Assembly: GCA_010356995.1 (NCBI GenBank)
Contig: ML996706.1
Span: forward strand, 439,789-503,788
From: Trichodelitschia bisporula
Taxonomy: Eukaryota
Length of the DNA: 64,000 bases
Reading direction: 5' to 3'
Shown: positions 24,861 to 38,847 of the stretch, piece after piece
How positions within the stretch are numbered: the first letter of the stretch is position 1
How the letters are laid out: each line of letters starts with the position of its first letter
Translations under genes and position numbers: made by a program
The notes under the pieces: model-generated
What the model was told of the DNA's origin: nothing
Database searches by the model: none
Seen by the model: the letters and a program-made list of their open reading frames with translations, nothing else

Positions 24861-27800
24861 ATGGCCAGAGACACACCCCAAGTCAGACCTGCGAGCACTA
24901 CAGCGGTCCCCAAGGACCGGAAAAAGAAAGATGAAGCCATCCAGGGAACGAATGACTACAGCATTGTCTCCAAGCGGAGTGTGGAGAAGATTTACTATGC
25001 CGGGGAACCAGAGTTTCTCCGACCCTTCGTTTCAAAGTTTAGACGGCGGGCTCCTGTCATCAACCGCGGATACTGGCTTCGGATGCGGGCCATCGAGAAC
25101 GCCCTAGTCGACTTTCTTAAGGAGCCAACATCCGCACCCAAGGCGATTATAAACCTGGGTTGTGGATATGATACCCTACCGTTCCGTATGCTCTGGAAGC
25201 ATGGCAACAGGTGCTCCAATATTAAATTCATCGACATTGATTATCCCCAGCTGATGGAGAAGAAAGTGGCGACGATCGTGGACAACCCGGTTTTTAACGT
25301 GCAAGGGCTCGCCAATGAGCCCTCTGGAACATCCAAGCGCATATTGCTTCATACCGCTAAATACATCGCAGTTGGATGCGATCTGGGCGATATATCAGGA
25401 CTGAACTCGGCTCTAAAAGAGGAGCTTGCACTGGAGAACCATGCCATCATGTTTATTGGAGAGGTGTCCATCACCTACATGGAGGTTGAGAAGGCGGATC
25501 AGCTGATCACATGGGCCTCAAGCTTCGAGAACGGTAAGCAGGCTTTGACTTAGCCTGAAAGCTGTACTGAATCGGTTCAAGCACGGTTCTGTCTCCTGGA
25601 GCAACATCTCCCAGATGGCAATGAGGCTCCCTTTGCCAGAACGATGCTCGCCCACTTCGCAAAGCAAACTCCTCTCAAATCCGTTGAGCGTTATCCCACC
25701 ATGTCCGACCAAAAGGTCCGATTCCTCACTCGTGGATGGGACAGTGTCGATGTGGCAAATCTCTGGATAATTTGGCAAGCTCGTGCTTTCCTGTCGGTAG
25801 CGGAGCGGCTGGAGCTCAACCGCGTCGAACCCTTTGATGAGTGGGAAGAATTCGCCCTCTTTGCCGGTCATTACTTCCTACTTTTGGCTTTTTCTTCCAC
25901 TGCGACAAGAACCACCCCCAGGCCTCGCTATGCATCACCTAATCTAAGTGTCCATATCCCTTTAACGCCCGCCAATTTCGGCCTCACCGTCTCGTCGACC
26001 CCGAATAGCCGCGGTCAGGGGTTTCGTCGCTTTGGCGCGGCTTTCAAAGTGGATGAGGAAACTATTGGCTACCATGGAGGGCTGTCATCGACTGCATCAG
26101 CAGGCATCTTCGACATATACAGCAGCCAGGAGCCCGTAGGCACACTCGACGGACCACCACTGAAACTCGTATGCCACACCATCACTACCTCACCAGACGG
26201 CCGTAGACATCTCCTCATTGGCGGGCGCAACTCACCCAATAATGTCAACTCGCATAGCTGGCTTCGTACCGAAACTGGCTGGCAAAAGGCCGATCCCTTC
26301 CCTGGACGCTACCGACACTGTGCGGTCGCCGTCAATCTCGGTCTCCGATCCGGTGTGCTCGTTTTTGGCGGACGTTCAGCCACAGGCAATGCGCTGGGAG
26401 ACTGGCATTTTGTTGATTTCGAATCTGGTAAGCGCCAGCCTGTGCGGTGCTCCGGATCGCCGCCTCAGCCCCGCTGGAGCGCTGCAATTATCGCGACGGG
26501 TGATTCTTGCGGTCAACTCGTCGGCGGACTGGGTGGCCTGACGGAAACCATTTTTGAGGCAGATGCCGTGTGCCAGGATATCTTTGGCTGGGAGCTCCAT
26601 GATGGTGCTGAACTCGTTGTTCATTGCATCGAGCTGGGGCGGGCGTATGGAAGTGGTGTACGCTTCGGGGCATCCTTACAGCCGTCGCCGTATGGTATGC
26701 TTCTCATCGGCGGCATCTCACGTAATGGTGCGATACTGGAGGAGGACGACGTGGTCTTGTTTCGTCCGCTGGATGAGCGGAGGTTCGATGCCAATGTCGA
26801 GTTCAAGAGCCTGGGACCCGTTTTCCGGGGCCAGTCACGGCCGATGCTTGTCGGCTTTGGATCCGTCGCGACGAATGATGATCAGATGTTGATTTTCGGG
26901 GGAGGAGCGGTTTGTTTCTCCTTCGGGGCGTTCTGGAACGACAGATGCTACACGTTAACCCTGCCGAGTGCGAGCGACATAGTACCGAACTGGCAGCTTC
27001 GGCTTCCCGGTTGTCGCACTGAGGTCAAGGAGATCAAGGACGAATCCTCCTCTCACCCTGCAGAGGAAGAGCTTACATCAACGAGCACGAAAACCTTCAT
27101 CCAGCCTACCTCGTCACCTCCCGGCGTCTACCCCGCTCTCCACCACGCCGCCCCTATCCCTCGCACCACTGTCACTACACCACAAGATACAGCCAGTATA
27201 ATCACCGCCGGGCAGCCTTGCATTCTAACCTCCGTTCCCCTCGGCCCCTGCACCACTCTCTGGACCCCCTCCTACCTCCTCTCCACCCTTCCATCCTCAA
27301 CCATCTTCACGATCCACCGCGCTACCACCCCATACCTGACCTTCACCCCCACCAAAAACTTTTCCTACGCCTCAACCACCCTCCCTCCCTTTCTCGCCGC
27401 CGCCCAACGCGGCGAAAACGTCTACCTGCGGAGCACCTCCTCTGCCTCCCCCAAAACCCCCACCACCCTGGCCGCTGATTTCCCGTCCCTAGCACCTGAC
27501 TTTGTCCTTCCCCCCGCCCTGGCCCCCATATCCAACATAGCCCATTCCTCTCCTCTCCGCATCGCGGCCAATGTCGCCATGTGGCTGCACTACGACGTCA
27601 TGGCAAATGTACTGTGCCAAATCCGCGGGCGGCGGCGCATCGTGCTCTTCCCGCCTGCCGACTGGATGAGATTGAATTTCAGGCCAGGGGATACGACATC
27701 GGCGCTGAATGTGTGGACCGCGGAGTCGGGCGCGTTGTCCGGCTGTTCGCCTCAGATGGCGGTGTTGCGACCCAGGGACGTGCTCTTTGTGCCGGCGTGC

Positions 27801-28208
27801 TGGGCGCATGCTACTATTGCGGTGGGGCCTGGGGAGGATGGAGAGGGAGAGGCGGGTGGGGAGGAGGGAGAAGATTGGCTCAGCATCGCTGTCAACGTTT
27901 TCTTCCCCTCATTCCCATGGTCCGCCTACGCTGTCGGGCGCGACGTGTATGGAAACCGCGACGTGGCCGCGTACGAGCAGGGGCGTATGAACGTATACCG
28001 GTTGGAGAAGATGCAATGGAATACTGAAGACGGGAAGGAAAAAGTGAACCGACTGGCGACGTGGCTGGTTAGGGGGGAGGGCAGCGTTGGTGGCGAGGGT
28101 GGACGGGTTGTGGGCAAGATCAAGAAGCGCTTCGACGGGCTGCCGGGGGGTGTAGCGAAGTTTTACATCGAGCGGCTGGCGGAGGAGATGCGTGAGATGG
28201 TAAGATGA
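24861..28208 (+). CDS. PPM2: tRNA wybutosine-synthesizing protein 4 (leucine carboxyl methyltransferase + Kelch repeats + C-terminal JmjC domain)
   Basis: LCM motifs (IQGTN..SIVSKRS, RRAPVINRGYWLR, INLGCGYD, DIDYP, FDEWEEF), GG-containing Kelch repeats, and a JmjC domain (WLHYD..N...Q.RG....LFPP...P..WAH). One intron at ~25534-25580. Confidence 0.88.
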
Positions 28209-28549
28209 GCATAGTCGAGACCGAACGGATGTAGACGATAGGATATGGATATGGGTAACACAGTCTCCTGAACCGAATGATGCGGCTCAAAGCCATCAGA
28301 CATCTGCCCAACATACCCACGCGAAGCAAAAATCAACACATGCGGCAGAAGCAGAATAAAAAGAGCCATATGGTCCACATATTCGCACCAGCTTACACGC
28401 CCATCTCTAAACGCCAAGCGCCGTCGCCGTACAATCCATAGATATCCTAACCGTTGCCATATTGTGTCATTAGATCGTCAAGAAGAGCCGGAGAAACCGT
28501 CGCCCACGTGCAAAAAAAAGATATAGTTGCTCCCAGATCATCAAGAAGC

Positions 28550-31016
28550 TCACTGCCGCGAGTATGGCTTATTCATGAGCGCAATCTCGCGCGATACCGT
28601 CGCCCACTCGAGTTCACGCTGAATGGGCAGTCCGCGCTTTTCGAGCTGCTGCTCTTCCCACTTGAGGAGCTCATATCTAGGGTATGTAAGCCATTATCCA
28701 AGAAGCTAGTAAACAGGAGCATACGTGAAGCGTAGGTGCGGCTGAATGATTACGTTCAACCTGCGAGCACGCACAAAGCAGCTACGAATGTCAGCAGTGC
28801 CAGCGCCGGATAATAGCTAGACATACTATGCGCGCGGAAATGAAAGACCCAACTCGCTCATTACCTCGGCGATGCAGATGGTCGCGGAGCGTGAGACGCC
28901 TACACGGCAGTGTACGAGTGTAGCCTTACCATCGAGCTTTCCTTTCTCTGTGGAATGTGAGTTGTGCAACTCCACAAGGCCGAGCATAAACGTACCAATA
29001 AATGATAGACACTTCTCAAACACTTCCGTTAGTGGATCCACCCCATTATCCTGCACTCTGTCGATGTAGAGCAGGTCCTCCGTCGGCCACTTCACGGCCT
29101 CGGCCCCCTTACCGCGACCAGTCCGTGGGCTCTTCATTTCCCGCAGCCAGTTGACCGGTTCACCAACGCTGAGAATACGCTTAATTCCCAAGGCGCGCAG
29201 CAAATCTGGGTTATTGGCATGGCCCAGATTCCCCAGGTACATGTATGGCAGGATGCGGCTCGGCAAGCTGCCGTCCATACTGCTCAACCATGAGGGCGCC
29301 TTGATGGTGCTAGCACTCCTCAGGACATGACCTCGGAAGTGCGGGGACTCCTGCAGGATGCGCGGCTGGACGGACGTTAATAGATCCACGTCAGATGGGT
29401 AAGCGAAAAAGTTGCGCCCCTTCTCCACGTGCATGCGGATCCAGGCCTCGTGGACGGGGATGCCTTCTGCATACATGAAGTAGGCGAGTCCCAGAAGCGT
29501 GGATTCCGTGTATCCATCAGTGCAATGGATCAATATTTTCTTTTCTTCTGGTTCAAGTGTGGTCGATAGCATGATGGAATCGCCATCGCTGTCCTCGCCA
29601 AGTTCTTCTTCGGCGGCATCAGACGAGCTAGGAGACCCCGAGCGTTTCCGCCGATGTATGTGCCGCGTACGACTAGTCTGAGAGATCCACTGGCACATGG
29701 CGATTAGGCCGTCGACTTCAGCATGGCTCCATGTGGGCGGCAAGATGCTACCGGAACTCGGGAATTCAATTTGCAGCGGCGAAACGGGCGATTTCTCATT
29801 GAGTCTTCGCGTTGCCATCTTCAGAGTAGCCGCGTCTGGAACATGTGCGAGATCTGTGGCTTCAATAAACACGTCAAATGCAGGACCATCGGAATCAGGA
29901 GGCGCAAGTGTGGGGTCTGGCGTGGGTCCTAGGTAGACATTGTGGGCAATTTCAGACGCGCGGGACATGGCGTGCATTTCCTTGCGCTCTTGGTGGACTG
30001 TTTGATCAGCGAAAGCGACGCCTGCACCCGATACACTTACAGAAATCGACAACACTATCCGTCAGCAAACCAGCAGAGTCCACCGCGACCAACTGGCGAT
30101 GTTTCTCTTCAAACGCACTGAAGTCATCTGCCAGCGGGTAAGTCTCAGCATTGAGAGTAACATGCCACTCACCATCAACAATAAAGGTGCTCAAAACTTG
30201 CGGCTCAGATCCAGCAGACATCAAATAGGTTCTCCACCCCTGTTGAGCGATTGCAATTCGCTGGGCCAGGGCAATCAGGGCCTCCTTTGAAGTCGATTTG
30301 TCCCCATACACAACTATGTCCGACACCGTTCCCATCTTGCATGCCTGAATCTGGAAATTGCGCACAGAGAAGCCTTCGCGCGGATCAACCTCGTGGAACA
30401 TTGAATCTGAAGGCTCAGCCGTTCCATTTCTCTGCTCTTCACACGAAATAAGTAGCTCTTCCGGCGCAATGGCTCCTTTAAGCTTCGCAGTCGTCAAGTC
30501 CCCATCAGCCTTTATTATGCACACACTGCGTAGCGCACTCGGCACCTTACGCAGCGAACGCCGACGCGGTGCGAAGAAGGCAAGCTGAAGTTGATTTTCT
30601 GGGTGCAGGCCATGGAGCCACGGGAAAACCAGTTTGGGGTCGGGCAGCGGCTGTGAAGCAACGTGTTCAAGCGCCTGGGCCAGCTCTGAGGCCGAGAGGG
30701 CATATACTGGCGGGTCATCGGAGACTTGAGGGAAGCGATCTGGCGGGAATAACAATGTAGTTGCCGGTGATATAAATGGCGCGGCAGCAGCGACCGACCT
30801 AGACCGAGTGACGCTGGACCGGGTCTCCACACCTGCGGACTGTTGTGGCGGGGTTTCCACGTTTTGCCCTGGAGGTGGCCCTGGTGGGCATACGGGGAGG
30901 TGTTTATTGGGGACGGGCATAGGAGCACTGCACGCCGTACTGTTCAAGGTGAGGTGCGGAGACGGTGCGTCCTTGCAGCCAGGCGGTGGAGGCGGGCGCG
31001 CGACGATTGTGGTCAT
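28550..31016 (-). CDS. PPS1: Dual-specificity protein phosphatase Pps1
   Basis: FPWLHGLHP and FSVRNFQIQ N-terminal blocks, HCTDGYTES, DGSLPSRILPYMYLGNL and the active-site VHCRVGVSRSAT. Spliced C-terminus ...ELLKWEE...REIALMNKPYSRQ*. Confidence 0.9.
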
Positions 31017-34000
31017 CTCAGCGGCGAGGTCGGCCGATTGGGAGTGAATTGTGAGTTGCGTACAAGGCGCGCTTTCTCAGAAGGTAAAGGACAAAGAATC
31101 GTGATGGAGAATGGCGTTGAATGTTGAATTAAGGGCGCGCGATCTTGCGATGCGGTCTCAACTGCCGGTGGGGCGTGCTGGAAGGCGCGCGCTCGTTGTG
31201 CACATTTGGTGAAGCAAATGCGAAGTCGGAGATGCAGGAGACTATGGCACAGTGATTGATGATGGGACAAGAGTTGAAGCGATGATGGAGATGATTTAAT
31301 GGGTGGCGATGGTGGTGGAAGGTGGTTGTAGATGGAATGGTTGAGGTTGACGACAGGTTGGCGGGGGGGTGGGGGGCAGGGGTGTGAGGAGAGGGGGAGG
31401 TGAGGGGTTGGAGACGAGTGGAGGACGAGAGGGGAAGATATGGGGAGTTACGTAGGGTATCCTGGGGATAGAATGGGATATGATGGAGATATGATGAGAT
31501 GGGATTGGAGTGATTTGGGAGGCTGTCACTGTTGGATCGGTTGGACTTGGGGAGACTTCGCCTTGTTACAGTGGGGAGGAGAGAAGTGATGGAGATGTGC
31601 TGCGAGTCGATTGAGAGTGGTGGAGAAGTTGCTGAGAAGTTGTGCGGTTGCTTTGAGTGATTCGCGACGCCTGGCGCTAAAGGAGTGGCCCTGGTGTGGT
31701 GTCTGGTTTACATCCGTATGTTGCAGCACAAATGCGCGGGGGTGCTTGAGATGTTGGAGACTGAAGGCGTTGCTTTGCCTCTCTCAGCTTTCCTCTCACC
31801 TCCCCTCTACGACCTCCTCTCTCCTCTCCACCTCTCTCCAGCTCTCCCCACTTCGCGCTTGCGCACGCTGGCCCTATCTAATCCGTACCAACACGCTAGC
31901 GTGCGATAGGCGCATATCCCCACTTGTCGGCCCGCTGGAACTAGCCGCTAGCTGCAAGTTTAAACAAAGATTCTGGGACGGCGTGCGGCGTGGCGGGTGT
32001 TTATATGCTTTGTGTTGAAATAGAGGCTGAGATGAAGTGAAGAGTAATTGAAGTTCAGAGGCTGGCGACAATGATGTGCTCAGTGAATAGTTCTAGTGCG
32101 CTGTGGTGGGTGAAATTGGGCCATCGAATGAGGCACGCGACTCGTGCGCTCCCCTGTTCAATTGTTCGTGATGAACATACGCACGTCAGATGAGGGGTAT
32201 GGAGCGCAGAGTGGGCAAAGATGCGCAGGGAGAGAATGCAGACGGCCATTCCCACGATATATACCTCTAACCACCGACTTACGCCGAGCCAATCCGAGAT
32301 TTAGTTCATCATATGTCAGCTGCTGTCGCTGACCGCATCTCGACAGAGTGGAGGTTGGTTAACTCTACTGCAGCTCGGCTGCCGAATCTACCTATGTCCC
32401 CATCGCTTCCATCCAACCCAGAAGTCGCGCGTCTATCGACTATCGAGGACGATACGACCAGCGGCTGCAGATCATGTTAGGAACTGCTCGGTGAAACGGG
32501 AATGCTACAAGATCTCGGACCTGGCCTTGTCAGGAGACACGACAGTCCGGTGAAACGGGTCCCAGATGTAATAGTCACGAGGGACAAAGGAGGTAGCTCC
32601 AGGCTTCGATCATAAGACGAGTAGTCGCGAACCCTGCTGCACACTCGGCAGCAATGACGGAAGAGAAATTTGGAAATGATGAAAATCAGATTCACTGACG
32701 ACTTGGATCGCATGGGCAACTACGCAGTGAGTCGATAAACGCCTATGCGCGCCACGATCCTTCGCCGTTGGCGCATAATGGCGACTTGCACTAATACGCG
32801 CAAGTAAGCCCGAGTGACGCTGCCTGCGAACCAGGCGAAGATCAGGCATGCGGTGTCGCTCCTGCCAGCTGGTGCGGCGGAGGGGCAGAGTGGGGGTGAG
32901 TGATGAATGATGTGCGCCCGGATATATTTGCGTACATCTGTAGAGGTGTTCGTATTCTTCATCGACATCTATTTCTATGTGCTTTGGGTAGTTGAGCATA
33001 ACGTCCGAAAGCGTACAGCACTGGCCGACAGATACTTCTCTTAGGTTCGAAATTCAGTCGGGTTGCAGGGGCGCTCACAAGCTCTGTCTTGGTGAAAGGC
33101 TTTCTGGCCGGTTCCTCGTTCTGGACACGATCAGTACGACTGTGGTCCTGCTCTTGGCCTCTCCAAAGCAAGAAGTTTCTTGAGCTACAAGGCGTTGTGT
33201 CAAAGGCCACTTCCCGCTCGTTTGGTTTGGGCGCCGTGGTTTCGGGTTATCATATACGATGATATTATAGCTCGGAGGCTATCCTCATCGTCATCAACGC
33301 CGAGACACGAGAGATGATGAGATCTGGGGGTTGTTAGCAGCATGGCAATACTGTAGCGGGGCGAAGCGGGTGTGGGCCGATTCTTCGGATAGATGCAACG
33401 CCGGAGACGGCAACACAGCAAGCTGCCATGTGCAGAGGGCCAATCGCGAGCGCGCATGTCGCCCCTTGCAGCAGCCGTAACTCGGCATCCGCCGCTAGGC
33501 GAACGACTGGAGGCGGATGAGATATCAAGTGGAGGCTGACCCTACTGCTCTGCTGCATTTGCATCAAAAACAACTCACTGTTCTTCAAGCGAGCAAGCAA
33601 GGGCGAGGATGGATGGTTCTCACGGTAGTAGGCCAAGGCGCCCGCCCTATCGCAGGCTGGTGATCGACAAGGCGAGACCGTTGAAAGTCGGAAACGAGGA
33701 CAAAAATAACGACCCCTTGATATCGGTAAGGCAGCGGGGGTTGGGGGTTTGTCGCTCGGCACGTTCCAGATGGCCGGCAGATATGGATTGCTAGTCCACA
33801 ATCCAGGGAAGCAGATCTCAACGGCGCGGACTGTAATGACTACCAGTTAAGCGGAAACGGTCAATTACGGTACAGACGAGCGAGGCCACTTCGCCTTGAG
33901 GATGTCGATCAGGGCCCGCCGGTCACGACGGGGTATTTGGAGGCGAGGGATGGACAGCGGAAAACGAGCTGGGCGTGCTGGGATAGGGGAGGGGGAGGGG

Positions 34001-34277
34001 GAGTGAGATTTTAAGCACGCGGAACCGGGGAGGCGTCGCTGAGGTGGGAGTGAAGGTGGTTCGGCTGGCTGTGATAGGTTCAGTGTTGCAGCATGGCTGC
34101 CTCCTGCACGATCCGCCCTGTGGAGAGGATGAAAGAACAACTATTGAAGCCGGGAGCCACTGGAATTTAGGGAGGGCAGAGCCGAGGACTAGTGCTAATA
34201 ATGGTGGGGTTGGACGAACAGGCTAGTTCTAGACTTGGGGGGGTTTTAGGCGCGCAATTGAGAGTGGGGAGGAGGAC

Positions 34278-34310
34278 AAGAAGAAGAAGAAGAAGAAGAA
34301 GAAGAAGAAG
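34278..34310. repeat. (AAG)11 microsatellite
   Basis: Perfect trinucleotide run in the long intergenic region between PPS1 and the Zn2Cys6 gene. Confidence 0.95.
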
Positions 34311-35620
34311 AGGTCCGCAGTGGAGACACAGCAGGCCAGATCCCCTCCCCTAAAGTCCCTGATGCATTACGTGTGAGAAAAAGCCATGCATCTCCCCACC
34401 ATCGCCAATTGCCCAATTCTTTCTCTCCAACTGCAAGAAAAGCAGCAAAGCAGCCATGTGCGGCAGCAAAAGCCGGCAGGACTGGGATGGCATTCAGCCC
34501 ATCTCCAAGCAAGCCTTGATTTCTCGCACCAACAACACCACCAACCCACAACCGCCCCCCCGGCCCATCATCCCTCGTCTGTAACGTGAAAACGCCCTTA
34601 TCCTAACCCTTTTCTTGTCCTTCAAGTGCTCATCAACCGTCGAGGAAAGCATTGTGCATCAAACATCGCTGCGACCTCGCCTTCCGCTGTCCCTGCCGCC
34701 CGCTATCATTCTAGCCTTACACCCATCTCCTCCCTATTACACATCCTTCACCCCCCCCGCTCCTAATTGCTTCATGATGGCTATTATTCTCCCCTAAGCC
34801 CCTCTCTGCTTCTTCCCTGGCAAATCGAATCTCCAAACGTCGACGTCCTTTCTTTGTACTCGTTAGCTCTTTCACCAAACCAAGCATATCGCCTGCACTT
34901 GAACTAGCCCGGTATCCCACCCCTCCCCTCTCCACCTCCACCTCCGCAATTTCACTCCAACAACTCCTGCTCTTTCTCCCTCGGTCACCTCCAAACCTCC
35001 TCCAACGATCACGCTTACGGACGGCTTTCGTACTTGTCGCAAAAACTACACAGCCTCCTCTACACCTCCTCGGGCGCGCACTTGCCGGTCCGGTTGCTTC
35101 ATCCGGCTCTTGACGCTGCAATTGTCGTGACCTCTGGCGCGTCGGTCTGCCCGCCTCAAGTTTCTCCCCTGGTCCTGACACCCACCCTGCACCAAAACGC
35201 TGCTCCGTCTGCTAGCTTATCATCCGCGACCTGGTTTGGAGGGTGCATCGGTAGTCTTGGGGGTGGGGTTTCTGAGATCGCCTGCAGGCTTGGATCAAGG
35301 GCCGCTTGCTAGGCATAGTCTGTTCACATCGTACCTAAGTGTGTAGTCCATTGAGTAAGCTCCCCCTCCCCGCCCACCCCCACCAAACAGTCACACTGCA
35401 GCGTTGGAATATATATGGCTTAGAGACGCGCTTCAAATTGCACGGACTGACGCGCTGGCTTCCTTAGATTAAACTTTTCACACCCCGTTAATGTTTCTTC
35501 GCGACATGATTCTAGACATTGTTTAGAAAAAAAATCATCCACCATACAAACATCCCAATATCACCACCGTGGCGACCTTCTACCAGGCGTACGGGTTCCC
35601 ATGACCCTATCCCTTTCTCC

Positions 35621-37898
35621 ATGCTCACGATTCCCCTCCCGCCGCCACGACCAACGATCAAAGAGACATTCTGCCAGACAGTCGGCGTCCTGCGAAGACT
35701 GCCAAACTCGCCTCCACCGGAGCCGAGGCCTGTGATGAACATCGCGCCTACCAGACCCAATGTTATGGTCGCACAGAGCACAGCCGATGCCGCAAACAAA
35801 CCGAAGCGCGTGCGGACCGGCTGTTTGACGTGTCGGGAACGGCATCTCAAGTGCGACGAGGCGACGCCGTCATGCCAAAACTGCCGCAAGTCGAACCGCG
35901 TCTGCAAACGTGGAGTGCGCCTCAACTTCATCGACACCCAGGTCAAAGCTCCGGCGCGCTTTGCACCGAAGCAGGACTGGTCCGTCAAGTTCCTCGACGA
36001 ATCCCGCGCCATTGCCTCGGAGTACAAGGGCGGTTTAAGTCGGTATGGCGCCGTCGAACCTCCCGCACCGCCGTCACCGCCCCCTCCAATTCCAATGCTA
36101 CGGCCTGTTGGTGGAAGCAGGGGAGTCGGAGGAGGCAGTGGGATAGGTGGTGGGCTCACCTACGACTACGGAAGCGCGCCCTCGGGACCGCCCGCACCCC
36201 CGGCCCCGTCGCACCAGCCACTGCCGTCAATCCAAGGAATGCTCCCGGGGACGACGTACGCAGAGGACCACACAATGACCTTTGACTCGCGAGAGCAGCA
36301 GCCGCATCACCAACACTCGCACTCACACTCGCATTCGCATTCGGAGTCAACGTTTTCGGGTTCAAACACGGTCGCTGCGGCCACCGTGTCGTCGTTTACA
36401 GAACAGATCTCGCCGAGTGAGGTACGCGACTATATTCGCGATCCAGATGAGGTGTTGTACATGCAGGTCTTTGTCGAGGAGGTGGGCGTGTGGATGGACA
36501 GCATGGACGCGATCAAACACGTAAGTCTCAGCTCGTGCCATTGGACTTTGCTGAAAGAGTAGTTTTCTGAGCTGCTGCCGTTCCATTCACTGAGCGCGAG
36601 CATGCTGTACAATGCCTTCATGGCGTGCGGCGCGCGGCACCTGTTTCTTGTCAACTCAAAGTACACCGAGGACAAGGCGCTGCATTACTACGACACGGCG
36701 GCGCGGTACCTACTCAGCGCGATCCAGGACGAGAATCGCGACACTGTAATGTGCGCCACGACGGCTGTCATCCTTAATGTCTATGAAGTCATGAGCGAGC
36801 GGGCGAACCAGCGCATGAATCACATCGCGGGGGCACGTGCGCTTATTCGCGAATGCGGCTGGAATGCGAAGTCGACGGGCATCGGTGCGGCGTGTTTTTG
36901 GTTGAACGTCGGTATGGAGCTGCTCAGCTGTCTGCACTTTAACTGGCAGGTGGCATGGAACCCGGACGAGTGGGGTGTCGATATGGAGTTTGGCGGACCA
37001 GAGACTGAGGTTGGTAAGGAAGAGCTATGGACGCATCGCATCCTGTACATCATGGCGAAGATCACCAACTTCCGCGCATCGGCGCCCAAGGAGCCGGAGC
37101 CGACCACGCGCGACCAACAAATGCATATGCGGAACCGGTACGGCGAATGGCAGCATCTCAAGCGACTGGCCGACTCGTGGAACGACAATATCCCGAGGAC
37201 GATGCACCCCTTGGCATATTTGCACCCGTGGCAGACGATCACGCAGTCGGCCTTTCCGGAGGTGTGGCTCATCAAGCGGTCGAGCATCGTGGCGCGCCTG
37301 TTCTACCACACAGCCATGGTGCTGCTCGCCCAGAATAACCCCCTTGCGTCACCCGCAACCTCCAAAGAGATGCGTGAATTGCAGGACAAGCACTCTATCT
37401 CCACGTGCGGGATCGTCGCGCACGTTAAGGACAGGTGCGTTGCATCGAACTCATTTTGCAAGTGCTGACATTGCCAGGGGCGTTGCAAGCGTTGCATTGC
37501 GCTCTCTCGCCATTGCGTCAGAGTGCCTGACGGATCGGCGGCAACAGGAGGAGGTGCTTGGCATCTTCGAGAAGATTAGCACGGAGACAGGTTGGCGAGT
37601 GTCATTTGTCTATCCGCAGCTAAAGCGCATATGGGGCTGGGAGGAGGCAGCACCTCCTCCTGCCGTGCCTCCGTCGTCGGCTCCTTCGGCGTCTGGCGTG
37701 CCGCCTTCGCCCGTGCACTCTTTCCAGCAACAACCGCTTCTTGCATCGGCAGCGGTCCCCGCTCCCGCACCTCCGCCGCCGCGCCGGAGCAACCCGCTTT
37801 TAGGCGTTACCGACCTGTCTATGTCACAGCCGTACCAGGCGTACTATGTGCCGCCCAGTACGAATAACATAGCCCAGCAAGCACCTTCGTTTTACTGA
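35621..37898 (+). CDS. Zn(II)2Cys6 transcription factor with fungal-specific TF domain
   Basis: RTGCLTCRERHLKCDEATPSCQNCRKSNRVC binuclear cluster. Introns at ~36521-36561 and ~37435-37477. Start codon is uncertain (35621 or 35735). Confidence 0.9.
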
Positions 37899-38425
37899 TA
37901 ATGTGTGTTGTCTTTGGTCAATTGTAATTGGCGCAGGTGGATGTTCAGGTCACGCGCATGATAGATGCCGGAACATATTCCTCTTGGCTGGGAGGCGGAA
38001 ACGATGTCACGATATTTGGGGCCTTTGAGGCTGGAACTGTAGAATGCGCCCACACAGTAGATGGGTCTAATGATAATCTGCCATGTGAGCCGGGAGGCCC
38101 GTGGTGAACGGAATCGCGCCGGTGTACTCTGAGCTCTTACTGTGCCCGAAGCCGGTACACGTGCGGGAACCCGAAGCTCTGCTTGGCCGAGACATTTTGG
38201 GAGGGAAAGGCAAGATCCTGGAGTAGGGGCAAGTCATCGCGCGCCACTAACGCAATGGGATGATCCTCGTGTGATGATGTGATCTGGGATCAGCGGGGCG
38301 GGCGGGGGTACCATGAACATATATGGCAGCGCACGGAGCCGTTTCCCGACTGCAAACGTTCAAGCAACAGCAACAGCGAGAATACCAAAAGAAATACCAA
38401 CAGAAACAACTTCAGAACAGCAATC

Positions 38426-38847
38426 ATGACACACTCCGACCGCGTCACGCACTCGCTGCTCTACGTTGCCGACAAGCGGCCCGTACTCATCTTCGCGACC
38501 GATGCCGACGCAAGCGAGTTCGCAAAGGCCTTTGGCCAAGGGGCCGAGATCTATCGCAACAAGCACCACGTGTTTCTGCCAACTCCCCACGGGCTTGAGT
38601 TTGTGCGGGGAGGAGAAGGGGGCGAGACGGCGTACAGTGCGTGACATGCGAGCCATGCGGGGTACTCGGAATGATTTGCTGACTTTTACCAGTCTTCACT
38701 TCTTCGGCTCTGGCCGACGACTGGGCCGAGCGGCTACAGGGCTACGGCGTGCGCCCGACGGAAGGTGAGCTCCACAACCGGACGGTGATTGTGGGGCGCT
38801 TCGGGCACAACTCTAAGCAGGCGCAGTTGTGGCCTGGTGTCGCTTAG
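38426..38847 (+). CDS. Small hypothetical protein (~120 aa), two exons
   Basis: ATG in a good context (CAATCATG) after an A/C-rich leader. Intron 38638-38692 (GTGCGT..CTGAC..CAG) keeps the frame open to TAG at 38847. Codons are GC3-rich. Confidence 0.65.

Noticed and set aside
24861..28208. PPM1 (PP2A methyltransferase) functionally clustered with the PP2A gene
   Set aside because: The Kelch and JmjC extensions indicate the Ppm2/Tyw4 tRNA enzyme, and the PP2A gene is over 30 kb away.
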